A stretch of DNA of 64,000 bases. Origin: Polyangiales bacterium (lineage in GTDB: Bacteria; Myxococcota_A; Polyangia; Polyangiales; Houyiibacteriaceae). Shown here piece by piece: positions 32,264 through 40,782 of this stretch. The translations under genes were made by a program, and so were the position numbers. The stretch covers positions 911 to 64,910 of the forward strand of contig DATIUW010000300.1 of the NCBI GenBank assembly GCA_035466435.1, given 5' to 3'. Each line of letters opens with the position of its first letter. The stretch's first letter is position 1. The notes under the pieces are model-generated. The model searched no databases. It was not told where the DNA came from and saw only the letters and a program-made list of their open reading frames with translations.

Positions 32264-34408
32264 TCAGACCCGCTCCACGTCGAGGACGCCCTTGAGCTTC
32301 GCGACGCCGCGCATGATGTCCCGCAGCCGGTCGATGTCGCCCACCCTGAAATGGAAGAGATTCTCAGCCCTTCCGTCCTTCGAGAGGCAAGACGCTTCGC
32401 TGATGCTGACACCGTTCTGAGTGAATACCGAGGAAACCGACGCGAGTATTCCGGCGCGGTCGTCCGTCATCACGCGTAGCGCCACCGGCAAATCCACCTC
32501 GACGTCGTCCGCCCAAGTGACTTGCACGCGCCGCTCCGGGTCGAGCTCGAGCACGCGCGGACAACCTCGACGATGCACCGACACGCCTCGGCCGCGCGTA
32601 ATCCATCCGGTCACGGCATCTCCGGGAACTGGATTGCAGCAATGAGCGAACCGGACGAGCATGTTGTCCATGCCTTCGATACGAATGCCCGCGCCGTCGG
32701 GCTCGCCCGCCACGCGTTGAACGGTTCGCTCGATGATGCCAGGCCGTAGGCTATCGCGATCGGCTTCGGCCGTGGGAACGATGGCTTCCATCACGTTCGG
32801 CAACGCCAGCTTGCCGATGCCGATCCGCGCGTAGAGGTCCTCTTCGTTGCCCGCGCGGAACTTGGAGAACACCTCTTTGGCGCGCTTACTCTTGAGGAAA
32901 CGCGACAAGGACATGTCCTTCTTGCGCATTTCCTTCTCGAGCAGCTCCTTGCCGAGCTTCACGGCCTGCCGCCTCTCCTCGGTGCGCAAGTACGTGCGAA
33001 TGCGCGACCGTGCACGGCTGGTGATGACGAACTCCAGCCAGTCTTTGCTGGGGTGGTGATTCTTGCTGGTGATGATCTCCACGACGTCACCGTTTTGAAG
33101 CTTGTGCCGAAGCGGAACGATGGCGCCGTTGACTCGGGCGCCGGAGCAACGGTGCCCCACCTCGGAGTGAACCGCGTAGGCAAAGTCGACCGGGGTCGCG
33201 CCGCGCGGGAACGTCTTCACGTCGCCCTTTGGCGTGAAGACGTACACGTCCTCGGGGAACAGGTCGACTCGAACGCTTTCGTAGAACTCTTCGGGGTCGG
33301 CGACCTCTTTCTGGAACTCCATGAGTTGGCGGAGCCAAACGAATCGCGCGGCGTCCTTGGGGTCGATGCCCCCGGTGTGCTCCTTGTACTGCCAGTGCGC
33401 AGCGATCCCGTACTCGGCCGTACGGTGCATTTCGTGGGTCCGAATTTGAATCTCGACCCGTCGATTCGCAGGCCCGATGACCGTCGTGTGAAGCGACTGG
33501 TACATGTTGGACTTGGGAAGCGCGATGTAATCCTTGAATCGCCCGGGTACCGGAGTCCACTCCGAGTGGATCACGCCGAGCGTGGCGTAGCAATCGGCGA
33601 CGCTTTCCGTGATGACGCGGAATGCGACGAAGTCGTGCACCTGCTCGAATCCGATGCTGTTCGCCTTCATCTTCCGATGCAGCGAGTAGAGATGCTTGCG
33701 TCGCCCGCTGACCTGAACCGAGAATCCGCGACTGAGCAACATCTTCTTCAGCTTGGTGGTGACCTCCCCCATGTAGCTGTCGGTATTCTTGGAAACGGCC
33801 TTCACCTGCTCGGCCAGTGTCTCGTAGGCCTCCGGCTCGAGGTGCTTGAAGCTCAGATCCTCGAGCTCCGCCTTGAGCCACTGGATTCCCAAGCGCCCCG
33901 CCAGCGGCGCGTAGATCTCGATCGTCTCGCGGGCGATCCGCTCCTGCGCCGAAGGCGACATGTGCTCGAGCGTGCGCATGTTGTCGAGGCGATCGGCGAG
34001 CTTGACCAGGAGCACGCGAATGTCGCGGGCCATGGCCACCACCATCTTGCGGAAGCTCTCCGCCTGCCGGTCTTCACGGGAGGCGAAGTTGACCTTTCCG
34101 AGCTTGGTGACTCCATCGACCAAGAAGGCGACTTCCTCGCCGAACACGGCCTCGACCTCGGAGACGTCGATCCCACAGTCTTCGACCACGTCGTGGAGCA
34201 AGGCCGCGCATACGCTCGATGCATCGAGACGCATGTCGGCGATGATGTCGGCAACCTTCACGGGGTGTGTGAAGTAGGCATCCCCCGACTTTCGCCTCTG
34301 CCCTTCGTGCATCCGGGCGGAATAGACGTAGGCCTTGTTGATCAGATCCGTATCCGCTCGGGGATGGTATCCCTTCACCTTTTCAAGAATATTGGTGAGG
34401 CGGACCAT
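32264..34408 (-). CDS. relA: Bifunctional (p)ppGpp synthetase/hydrolase RelA/SpoT (Rel)
   Basis: It has the HD hydrolase motif (HPVKVA..LLHDVVED), a synthetase region (RFKDYIALPKSNMYQSLHTTV), and TGS and C-terminal ACT-like domains. The start is taken at MVRLTNILEK (34408). Confidence 0.95.
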   Translation of the reverse strand: MVRLTNILEKVKGYHPRADTDLINKAYVYSARMHEGQRRKSGDAYFTHPVKVADIIADMRLDASSVCAALLHDVVEDCGIDVSEVEAVFGEEVAFLVDGVTKLGKVNFASREDRQAESFRKMVVAMARDIRVLLVKLADRLDNMRTLEHMSPSAQERIARETIEIYAPLAGRLGIQWLKAELEDLSFKHLEPEAYETLAEQVKAVSKNTDSYMGEVTTKLKKMLLSRGFSVQVSGRRKHLYSLHRKMKANSIGFEQVHDFVAFRVITESVADCYATLGVIHSEWTPVPGRFKDYIALPKSNMYQSLHTTVIGPANRRVEIQIRTHEMHRTAEYGIAAHWQYKEHTGGIDPKDAARFVWLRQLMEFQKEVADPEEFYESVRVDLFPEDVYVFTPKGDVKTFPRGATPVDFAYAVHSEVGHRCSGARVNGAIVPLRHKLQNGDVVEIITSKNHHPSKDWLEFVITSRARSRIRTYLRTEERRQAVKLGKELLEKEMRKKDMSLSRFLKSKRAKEVFSKFRAGNEEDLYARIGIGKLALPNVMEAIVPTAEADRDSLRPGIIERTVQRVAGEPDGAGIRIEGMDNMLVRFAHCCNPVPGDAVTGWITRGRGVSVHRRGCPRVLELDPERRVQVTWADDVEVDLPVALRVMTDDRAGILASVSSVFTQNGVSISEASCLSKDGRAENLFHFRVGDIDRLRDIMRGVAKLKGVLDVERV

Positions 34409-34498
34409 GACGTACAGTACGGGTAACAATCAATTTAACACCGTCTCCAATTGGTGCCAAGGTTGTGGAGATTGGGTGTTCTTCCAGAAACAACGGAC

Positions 34499-34894
34499 AT
34501 GTCGAGCTCAAGATCCAATCTAGGGCCGTCGTCCACCCGTCGCCGCCTGGCCGCCGTGATTGCGGTGGTCGGCATCGTGATCGTCGGTCAGCGACTGGCG
34601 TCCCATTGGCCCCGCGAGATCGAAATCGCATTCGAGGTCGGTCCCGAGGTAAACGAGCTCGACGTGGACTACCTTCTCGACGACGGAGCGGCCGCCAGCG
34701 CCCGTTTCACGCAGTCAGATGCGAAAACGAACGTCTTTCGGCATTCCGTGAGGCTCCAGCCCGGCGAGTACGAGGTTCACATGACCGTCTACGGATCGGC
34801 GGGGCCGGCGGTCGAGGATGCCAGGGTGCTCGTCGTTCCCACCGAGGGCGTCACGCGATTCGATCTTCGAGGGTTCGGGACGCGATCCGAGTGA
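34499..34894 (+). CDS. Small membrane-anchored hypothetical protein
   Basis: MSSSRSNLGPSSTRRRLAAVIAVVGIVIVG (one TM) is followed by a roughly 100-aa beta-rich domain. Its stop lies 4 nt before the GTG start of the downstream glycosyltransferase. Confidence 0.45.
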   Translation: MSSSRSNLGPSSTRRRLAAVIAVVGIVIVGQRLASHWPREIEIAFEVGPEVNELDVDYLLDDGAAASARFTQSDAKTNVFRHSVRLQPGEYEVHMTVYGSAGPAVEDARVLVVPTEGVTRFDLRGFGTRSE

Positions 34895-34898
34895 AGGC

Positions 34899-37520
34899 GT
34901 GCCGGGGGACGAACGAAGACACGGTCAGAAGCGCATCCTGCTGATCGGGGCGATTCTGGCCACGGTCGCGTTGGGCCTTTGGATGGCCAACCGGACCCCG
35001 TTTTCGCTCGGCCCGCTCTGGGGAATGCTGATCGCCATGCTCGCGGCGGCTCTGTGGGTCGGCTGGCTCGTACCGCCCGTCGACGGCCCGGCACGGGGTT
35101 GGCGCCAGACGACGTTCGGAAAGCAGCATGGCGAGCCTTGGTCCCCACTCGGATGGGCGGGCCTCTCGCTGACGGTCTTCGTGGCAGGCGCGGCAATCGG
35201 CGGATACGAGTGGCTTCCGCTGACCATCCTCCTCGCGCTCGCGTGCCTCGTGCCAGCCGCGTTGCGCAGGCCGGGGCTCGCCGTGATGCTCGTGATCACG
35301 GCCGTCTACGCCCCTTTGCTCGGCGCGACCGGCCTGTGGGACCCTTGGGAGACCCACTACGCGGAAGTGGCGCGAGAGATCCTCTCCCGAAACGATTGGA
35401 TCAGCCTGTGGTGGGCCCAGGACAAATGGTTTTGGTCGAAGCCGGTCCTCTCGTTCTGGATGGAGGCGTCGAGCATGGGCGCATTGGGCGTCGATTTCGC
35501 GCCCGACGCCCACCCTGCGCACCCCGAGTGGGCAGTGCGGCTCCCGACTCTCTCGATGGCGCTCGCGGCGCTCGCGACGATCTACGCGACGGTTCGGCGG
35601 TTTTTCGACGCCCGTGCTGGCGCGCTCGCGGCTCTGGTGACCGCGACGATGCCGCAGTTCTTCTTCATTTCGCACCAGGCGATTACCGACCTGCCCCTCG
35701 TGGCCGCGATCACCATCGCCTCCTGTTGCCTGCTCCTCGCGATCCGGGAGGACCCCGATCGTGAGGTGACGGTGTTTCAGCTAGGGCCCTGGCGGGTGTC
35801 CTTTCAGCACGTCGTCCTGTTTGCGATTTTCGTTCTGGTCCTTCCGCAAGCGATCTATCTCATCTCACGCAACGTTTCGTGGCTCGAGGGCGCTGGGCTC
35901 GTCGCGCATCCCGATCGCTTCATCTACGGCTCGCCGGGCAATGCCGACGTCCCGGGAAACCCGACGCCACGAGATCAAACGCCGCGTGTGGCGGGCCTTC
36001 TCGGCCAGCCGTTTCTCCAAGGAGCGCTTTGGCTCGGGGTGCTCGCCGCGCTGGCTGTCCTTTTTCGCGAGGAAAGGCGGGCCCGAGCCCTCTGGATGGC
36101 CGCCTTTTATTCGTCCTGCGCGGTCGCCTTCATGGCCAAAGGCCTGCCCGGTCTTGCGATCCCAGGCGCCACCGCGCTCTTCTACTTGATCGCCTCGCGC
36201 CGTTGGAGCTTGCTCGGCGGCGGCCAGCTTCGAGTCTCGAGCGGGGTGCTGATCGTCGGCGCGGTCAGCCTACCCTGGTATCTCGCGATGTACGTGCGGC
36301 ACGGACCCGCCTTCACCAATCGCCTGCTGATTCATGATCACATCAACCGGTTGGCAAGCGGCGTCCATGGAGACAAAGGCACCATCGAGTATTTCGTCGC
36401 CCAGATCGGCTACGCGACCTTTCCCTGGGTCGCCCTTGTGCCTGCGGCGCTTCTCATCGCTTTTTGGATTCACTCGCGTTCCCCCCGCAATGCACGCGGC
36501 GACGCGCTGCTGTTCGTTGCGATGTGGCTGGTCTCGTCATTCGTGCTCTTCAGCGCGATGGTCACCAAGTTCCACCATTACATCCTGCCCACCATCGTGC
36601 CGATGGGAATGCTCGTCGGAATTGCGATGGCCTACTGGTGGGGTCCCAAGAGCCCCCGCGCCACGCTTCTTTCCGCAGCCGCCGGTGCGTGCTTGATCGC
36701 TGGATTTGCCTGGTTGGCCGGGGACCCACGGGGAGTGATTCCCGTCGAGGCGATGCACACCGAGGATTGGATCTTGCAGCAGGGGGAGCCGGTGAAAGCC
36801 TATGCCCTCCTGGCGCTCGGCGCCGTGCTTTCGGTGCTCGCGCGCTCGGAGCTCGCCACGGTGGAGATCCAGTCGCTTCCGAGACCGCTCGGTGTCTCGC
36901 TCGGTGTGGCGCTGGTGGCCGGCGCATGTGTGGTCGCATTCGTCGGACGAGACTTGAGCTGGGTGACCTCGGCCAGGCCCCAAGGCTACGAACGCCTCAT
37001 CCACCTGTTCGTCTACAACTACGGGCGGGCATGGCCCGAGCATCTCGACTATCGGGCGATTTTGATCGGTTTTGCCGCCGCCGTAGGGATCACGACTGCT
37101 GCGGCCGCTCTTCGGCCGTGGAGAGCGACGGCGACCCGGACGCTCGCCGCGGCGGCGGTCCTCTTCTGCGGCTGGGGTCTCAACGTCTACATGGTCGATC
37201 TGTCGCCGCACTGGGGAATCCGAGAGCTGGCGGACCGCTACTACGCCGAACGCGAAGGCAGCGAGGAGCCGTTGGTCGCGTGGCAGATGAACTGGAAGGG
37301 CGAGAACTTCTACACGGGCAACCACGTCTACGTCTTCGCCGAAACCAACAACGAGCGAATCAAGAAGTGGCTGAAGCAAAACGAGGGACGAACCGCGTAC
37401 TTCGTGCTGGAGCACAAGCGCTTCGGCCGGTTCAAGAAGCTCGTCTCGGGACGACCGATCCGCGAGCTGTCGACCAAGCGCGACAACAACAAGTACCTGC
37501 TGGTGGCGCTTGAGATCTGA
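34899..37520 (+). CDS. Glycosyltransferase family 39 (ArnT/PMT-like) membrane protein with large C-terminal extension
   Basis: Many TM helices. It has the first-loop acidic motif region (GLWDPWETHYAEVAREILSRNDWISLW). A soluble C-terminal domain follows (WQMNWKGENFYTGNHVYVF). The start is uncertain. I prefer the GTG at 34899, just after the upstream stop, to the track ATG at 34818, which overlaps the upstream ORF. Confidence 0.78.
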   Translation: MPGDERRHGQKRILLIGAILATVALGLWMANRTPFSLGPLWGMLIAMLAAALWVGWLVPPVDGPARGWRQTTFGKQHGEPWSPLGWAGLSLTVFVAGAAIGGYEWLPLTILLALACLVPAALRRPGLAVMLVITAVYAPLLGATGLWDPWETHYAEVAREILSRNDWISLWWAQDKWFWSKPVLSFWMEASSMGALGVDFAPDAHPAHPEWAVRLPTLSMALAALATIYATVRRFFDARAGALAALVTATMPQFFFISHQAITDLPLVAAITIASCCLLLAIREDPDREVTVFQLGPWRVSFQHVVLFAIFVLVLPQAIYLISRNVSWLEGAGLVAHPDRFIYGSPGNADVPGNPTPRDQTPRVAGLLGQPFLQGALWLGVLAALAVLFREERRARALWMAAFYSSCAVAFMAKGLPGLAIPGATALFYLIASRRWSLLGGGQLRVSSGVLIVGAVSLPWYLAMYVRHGPAFTNRLLIHDHINRLASGVHGDKGTIEYFVAQIGYATFPWVALVPAALLIAFWIHSRSPRNARGDALLFVAMWLVSSFVLFSAMVTKFHHYILPTIVPMGMLVGIAMAYWWGPKSPRATLLSAAAGACLIAGFAWLAGDPRGVIPVEAMHTEDWILQQGEPVKAYALLALGAVLSVLARSELATVEIQSLPRPLGVSLGVALVAGACVVAFVGRDLSWVTSARPQGYERLIHLFVYNYGRAWPEHLDYRAILIGFAAAVGITTAAAALRPWRATATRTLAAAAVLFCGWGLNVYMVDLSPHWGIRELADRYYAEREGSEEPLVAWQMNWKGENFYTGNHVYVFAETNNERIKKWLKQNEGRTAYFVLEHKRFGRFKKLVSGRPIRELSTKRDNNKYLLVALEI

Positions 37521-37620
37521 TCAAAAAGAGGTGTACGATCGACCCGATCTTGTAGGTTTCGGACGCACTGAACACCAAAAACTGGACTGATTATCAGTAC
37601 TGCGCGATCCTCTACCTCTG

Positions 37621-37881
37621 ATGGAAAAAGACGACGAAAAACTGGCCTGGCGGCTGCTCGAGGCCATCTACCAGATGGGCAGAGCGGACATGGGGGCGAC
37701 CCCCGAGACGCTCGCGGCCTGGTTGGATGTGCCCGGCGCCTACGTTCAGGAGCTTCTGGCTCGGCTGGATGCCCAGGGTCTGGCCGATCAGGCGCGATGC
37801 CGTTTGACCATGCAGGGCCTCGTGCTCGCGGTCTCGATGGATGGAGCCTGTAAGCTCGCCCGGCACCTGGCCGCTGCTTGA
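37621..37881 (+). CDS. Small winged-helix (DtxR/MarR-like HTH) protein, hypothetical
   Basis: 86-aa ORF. LLEAIYQMG..ATPETLAAWLDVPGAYVQELLARLDAQGLAD resembles a DtxR-type N-terminal HTH. A 13-bp palindrome lies 23 bp upstream. The call is weak and based on pattern only. Confidence 0.4.
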   Translation: MEKDDEKLAWRLLEAIYQMGRADMGATPETLAAWLDVPGAYVQELLARLDAQGLADQARCRLTMQGLVLAVSMDGACKLARHLAAA

Positions 37882-37887
37882 CCTGCC

Positions 37888-37916
37888 TTGACAGCGTGAA
37901 CGGCAACCGGTATCTC
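37888..37916 (+). promoter_or_regulatory. Sigma-70-type promoter candidate for tRNA-Leu (TTGACA-N17-TATCTC)
   Basis: A perfect -35 TTGACA (37888-37893) is followed by a 17-nt spacer and TATCTC (37911-37916). The predicted TSS is a few nt upstream of the mature tRNA 5' end at 37930. Confidence 0.45.
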
Positions 37917-37929
37917 GCCCCACTCTTTT

Positions 37930-38013
37930 GCGGAAGTGGCGGAATTGGCAGACGCGCATGATTCAGGTTCATGTGTCCGAAAGGACGTGGAGGTTCGAGT
38001 CCTCTCTTCCGCA
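37930..38013 (+). tRNA. tRNA-Leu (anticodon CAG), type II with long variable arm
   Basis: Folded by hand. The acceptor GCGGAAG pairs with CTTCCGC. The D stem is GCG/CGC. The anticodon stem CATGA/TCATG carries the loop TTCAGGT (CAG). The variable arm is GTCC-GAAA-GGAC. The T arm has the loop TTCGAGT. The discriminator is A, and CCA is not fully encoded (CCG follows). Confidence 0.95.
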
Positions 38014-38064
38014 CCGAGCGCGTCGTGACGGCTGATTACGTCTCTGTCCGCACCGAGTGCGTCG
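38003..38064 (+). repeat. Direct duplication of the tRNA-Leu 3' end plus flank (CTCTnTCCGCACCGAGyGCGTCG, two copies 39 nt apart)
   Basis: Copy A (38003-38025) spans the last 11 nt of the tRNA and 12 nt downstream. Copy B (38042-64) matches at 21 of 23 positions. Copy B is followed by a T6 run and an AT-rich stretch. Confidence 0.6.
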
Positions 38065-38167
38065 ACTCTGTAATTTTTTCGTAGATGCCGCAGGGAGTTC
38101 ACAGCCGGACGGCGAGTGCGCTTCATGGGTTCTTAGTAATTACAGCTACTTATCGGGATCATGATTT

Positions 38168-38183
38168 CGGTACGAGTGTTGCA
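38168..38183 (+). promoter_or_regulatory. Sigma-54-type promoter candidate upstream of the minor-pilin operon (cGGtACG-N4-TTGCA)
   Basis: GG (38169-70) and GC (38181-82) have the canonical 12-nt register, and the -12 element TTGCA is a full match. The predicted TSS at about 38194 is essentially at the first possible start codon. Confidence 0.35.
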
Positions 38184-38195
38184 CTGCGCTAGAGC

Positions 38196-38831
38196 GTGCA
38201 TGGATTGAAGAGCAAGCGGCAGCGGGGGCTGACGCTGGTCGAGCTGATGGTGGTGCTGGCCGTGATGGGGGTTCTGGTCAGTGCGGCGCTGCCGAGCATG
38301 AGCCAGGGCTTTGCGGACCGCCGCGTCGCCATGGTGGCGCGGGACGTCGTTTCTCTCTTCTCACGCGCCCGCTACATGTCGAACGCCTACGGCCGCGCGC
38401 ACCAAGTCCTCTACACGAACGACTCGGGCACCGGGCTGACCCAGGATTGGGCTTTCGAGACCCTGCGCGGCACCGGCGGCGCCTGCTCTCTCACCACGTT
38501 CGAGAATGCGGGTGGCATCGCGCTCACCGATCTCGACTGCGACAACAACTGGCGCTGCGTCGATCATCTCTACGCCAATACCTACGACGCCGACCCCAGC
38601 GACGACGACCTGGTTCGCGTCGACGGCTGGAAGGACACGACGTTCTGCTACGAGTCCGGCTCGAACAACCAGGTCTTCGTCGACACGGTCTTGTTTGCGA
38701 ATTGGCAAACCGCCAACGCGCAGGCCGGATTCGGCTTCCTCGTTTATCGCGAGGTCGCCGGAGAGCCCTTTGGCGTCGCTCGAAAGGTCCTGGTCCCGAT
38801 GGGATCGGGATCGCCGCGGGTGATGCGATGA
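38196..38831 (+). CDS. GspH/FimT/FimU-family type IV minor pilin
   Basis: It has a prepilin signal (KRQRG/LTLVELMVVLAVMGVL, Glu at +5) followed by FADRRVAMVARDVVSLFSRAR, typical of GspH/FimT. The start may be the GTG at 38196 or the TTG at 38205. Confidence 0.8.
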   Translation: MHGLKSKRQRGLTLVELMVVLAVMGVLVSAALPSMSQGFADRRVAMVARDVVSLFSRARYMSNAYGRAHQVLYTNDSGTGLTQDWAFETLRGTGGACSLTTFENAGGIALTDLDCDNNWRCVDHLYANTYDADPSDDDLVRVDGWKDTTFCYESGSNNQVFVDTVLFANWQTANAQAGFGFLVYREVAGEPFGVARKVLVPMGSGSPRVMR

Positions 38832-39454
38832 CACGCACGATCCGCGCGAATCGGAACGGCTTCACCCTCGTCGAGGTGATGATCGCCATCGGCATCATGA
38901 CCGTGGGATCGCTCGGCATTCTGTCGATGCACCAAGCCGTGAGCGGCGCAAACCGGGCAGCCCACGAGATGAATACCGCGATCGCGATCACGGAGCGTTG
39001 GGTGGAGCGCGTGGAGCGCGATTCGCTCTTGTGGTCGGAGCAGGGAATCAACAGCTCGTCGTTGGCCTCGACGGCCTATTTGTCGCAGCTCGCGGGCCAG
39101 GGGTCCGGCACCGACTGGTTCACGCCGAGCCCGGCCGATACCGATGAGTCCTACGCGTTCGACTACTTCGGAAGAGACACCACGAGCGACATCAAGTACT
39201 GCGTCAATCTGCGGATGAGCTGGATACGGCAAGGGAGCTCGGCCCGCGTCGACATTCGCACCTTTTGGTTCCGCGAGGGCTACCTTTCGGGGAACGCCAC
39301 CCACCCGAAGTGGGTCGCGGGTTCCGACTTCCGCGGCGCTGGTTGCGATGCCGCGACCGCCACCGGCTGGGGCCTCGACCAAGCGCCGGCCCCCCCCAAC
39401 GTCAACGTGGTCTTCGCTTCGACGGTGGTGACCTGGCTCCGGAGGGAACCGTGA
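38828..39454 (+). CDS. pilV: Type IV minor pilin PilV-like
   Basis: It has a prepilin signal (RANRNG/FTLVEVMIAIGIMTVGSLGILSM). The ATG overlaps the upstream stop (ATGA). I chose the internal start of track ORF 38447. Confidence 0.8.
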   Translation: MTRTIRANRNGFTLVEVMIAIGIMTVGSLGILSMHQAVSGANRAAHEMNTAIAITERWVERVERDSLLWSEQGINSSSLASTAYLSQLAGQGSGTDWFTPSPADTDESYAFDYFGRDTTSDIKYCVNLRMSWIRQGSSARVDIRTFWFREGYLSGNATHPKWVAGSDFRGAGCDAATATGWGLDQAPAPPNVNVVFASTVVTWLRREP

Positions 39455-40782
39455 GCAAGAGCGGGTTCACCCTCATCGAGCTGATGGTGGCCATGGTCGT
39501 CGGGCTCACCGCGATCACGTCGGTCTACACACTGGGCGCGGCGATGAGCAAGCAGTTCTACGAAGAGCAGCGCGTCGCCACGTCACAGGGCACGTCCCGC
39601 ACCGCGATCCTGGAGCTTCGCCGGGACATCTCGCGCGCCGGCCTGTTCGGCTCTCCGAATGGGAGCCTCGAGCCCACCTGCGACGCCACGCCCGCGGAGC
39701 TTCCTCTCCTCGGCGGCGGCAACGGTCCGATGGGCGCGTTTCAGTACTACGCGGACGAGGATTTGGCCGTGCTCGATCCGGACGGGGTCAACCCCGACGT
39801 TCATGCGGACCGGCTCCGCGTGCTCACGAGCCTGTATCTCACCGATCAGTTGCTCGTCCAGTCGGCCAGCGCCGACGGCAGCGTCATCGTGCTGCAGAGC
39901 GGCAACCAGGCATACCGCCGCACGTTTGCCTGGGGGCAGACGGCGGGTCCTTTCACCAGCGGTACGGCGCCGACCTACCTCGACGGCGCCCTCGATTGGG
40001 ATGGCGCGTGGGCCGCCGAGACGGAGAGCTGGAAGGGCATCGCGCAAAAGGGAGCACGGGCGTTTCAAACCGGCTCGGTCCTGCACATCGAGACCCCCGA
40101 AGGGCGTCACTTCTTTCGATCCGTGTTCGGCAAAGCCGGCAACACGCAGAACGAGGTGCGCATCCAGATCGACCCCGTGTTGCCTATGGGCACGGCGTGC
40201 CTGCCCGGGGCGGCGGAAAGCTCTACGGTAGCTCCGCTTCAGTGGGTCGAATACGCGATCGTCGATCCCTTCGATGCCGCCGCGGTGGGCGCCGACTTCA
40301 TGGATTTCGACGGGATGTTCTACATCGACCTTTCGGACACCTCGAGCCCTTCGTATCAACTACAAAACACCAGCGCGAGCGACCTGCTCGAATCGCCGAA
40401 CCGCGTCTTGGTTCGTCGGATCATCGACTCGAGGACGGGCAACGTCAGACCTAGCTCGACGCAAGTGCTGGCGGAGTTCGTGAGCAACTTCCAGGTGAGC
40501 TTCTTGTTGGATACGAATTCCGGAACCACCCTGCCGCCGGCGCTTTCGAGTGAGCCCATCACCGGCGCGACGGCTGAAACGGCCGTCAACGCCGACCCTC
40601 AGCAGGTTCGAACGGTGATCATCGAGCTCGGCATCCGCAATCCCTTGGAAGATCCGGACATCCCCTTCCAGGCCGACGGCGGAACGCGCTTCGAGGTGAA
40701 CAAGGATCAGACCGGGTCGGCGCGCGTACGCCACATGCGCATCGAGATCCCGGTCATGGACGTGGCAAGGAGAAATCTATGA
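39451..40782 (+). CDS. pilW: Type IV minor pilin PilW-like
   Basis: It has a prepilin signal (VSKSG/FTLIELMVAMVVGLTAITSVY). The GTG overlaps the upstream stop (GTGA). Its size (443 aa) and position fit PilW. Confidence 0.8.
   Translation: MSKSGFTLIELMVAMVVGLTAITSVYTLGAAMSKQFYEEQRVATSQGTSRTAILELRRDISRAGLFGSPNGSLEPTCDATPAELPLLGGGNGPMGAFQYYADEDLAVLDPDGVNPDVHADRLRVLTSLYLTDQLLVQSASADGSVIVLQSGNQAYRRTFAWGQTAGPFTSGTAPTYLDGALDWDGAWAAETESWKGIAQKGARAFQTGSVLHIETPEGRHFFRSVFGKAGNTQNEVRIQIDPVLPMGTACLPGAAESSTVAPLQWVEYAIVDPFDAAAVGADFMDFDGMFYIDLSDTSSPSYQLQNTSASDLLESPNRVLVRRIIDSRTGNVRPSSTQVLAEFVSNFQVSFLLDTNSGTTLPPALSSEPITGATAETAVNADPQQVRTVIIELGIRNPLEDPDIPFQADGGTRFEVNKDQTGSARVRHMRIEIPVMDVARRNL

Noticed and set aside
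33053-34426. 457-aa plus-strand ORF antisense to relA
   Set aside because: It is a mirror-frame ORF of a very well-supported RelA/SpoT gene. The composition is dominated by Leu/Val/Asp/Arg/Gly from reversed codons.
34452-34466. Sigma-54-like TGGTGC-N5-TTGT upstream of the small membrane protein / GT39 genes
   Set aside because: The invariant -12 GC is replaced by GT. The match arises from a near-palindrome (CCAATTGG / TTGGTGCCAA) in the relA divergent region. On the other strand that same sequence gives a plausible sigma-70-like TTGGCA-N16-TTAAAT promoter for relA.
37328-38014. 228-aa minus-strand ORF overlapping the 3' end of the glycosyltransferase, the small wHTH ORF and the tRNA-Leu gene
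   Set aside because: It runs antisense through a hand-foldable tRNA and two other features. The product is Pro/Arg-rich.
38085-38192. 35-codon ORF (MPQGVHSRTASALHGF...) between the tRNA repeat and the pilin operon
   Set aside because: Third-codon positions are A/T-rich, unlike real genes in this window. There is no ribosome-binding site or recognisable motif, and it overlaps the putative sigma-54 promoter. It is most likely non-coding promoter DNA.
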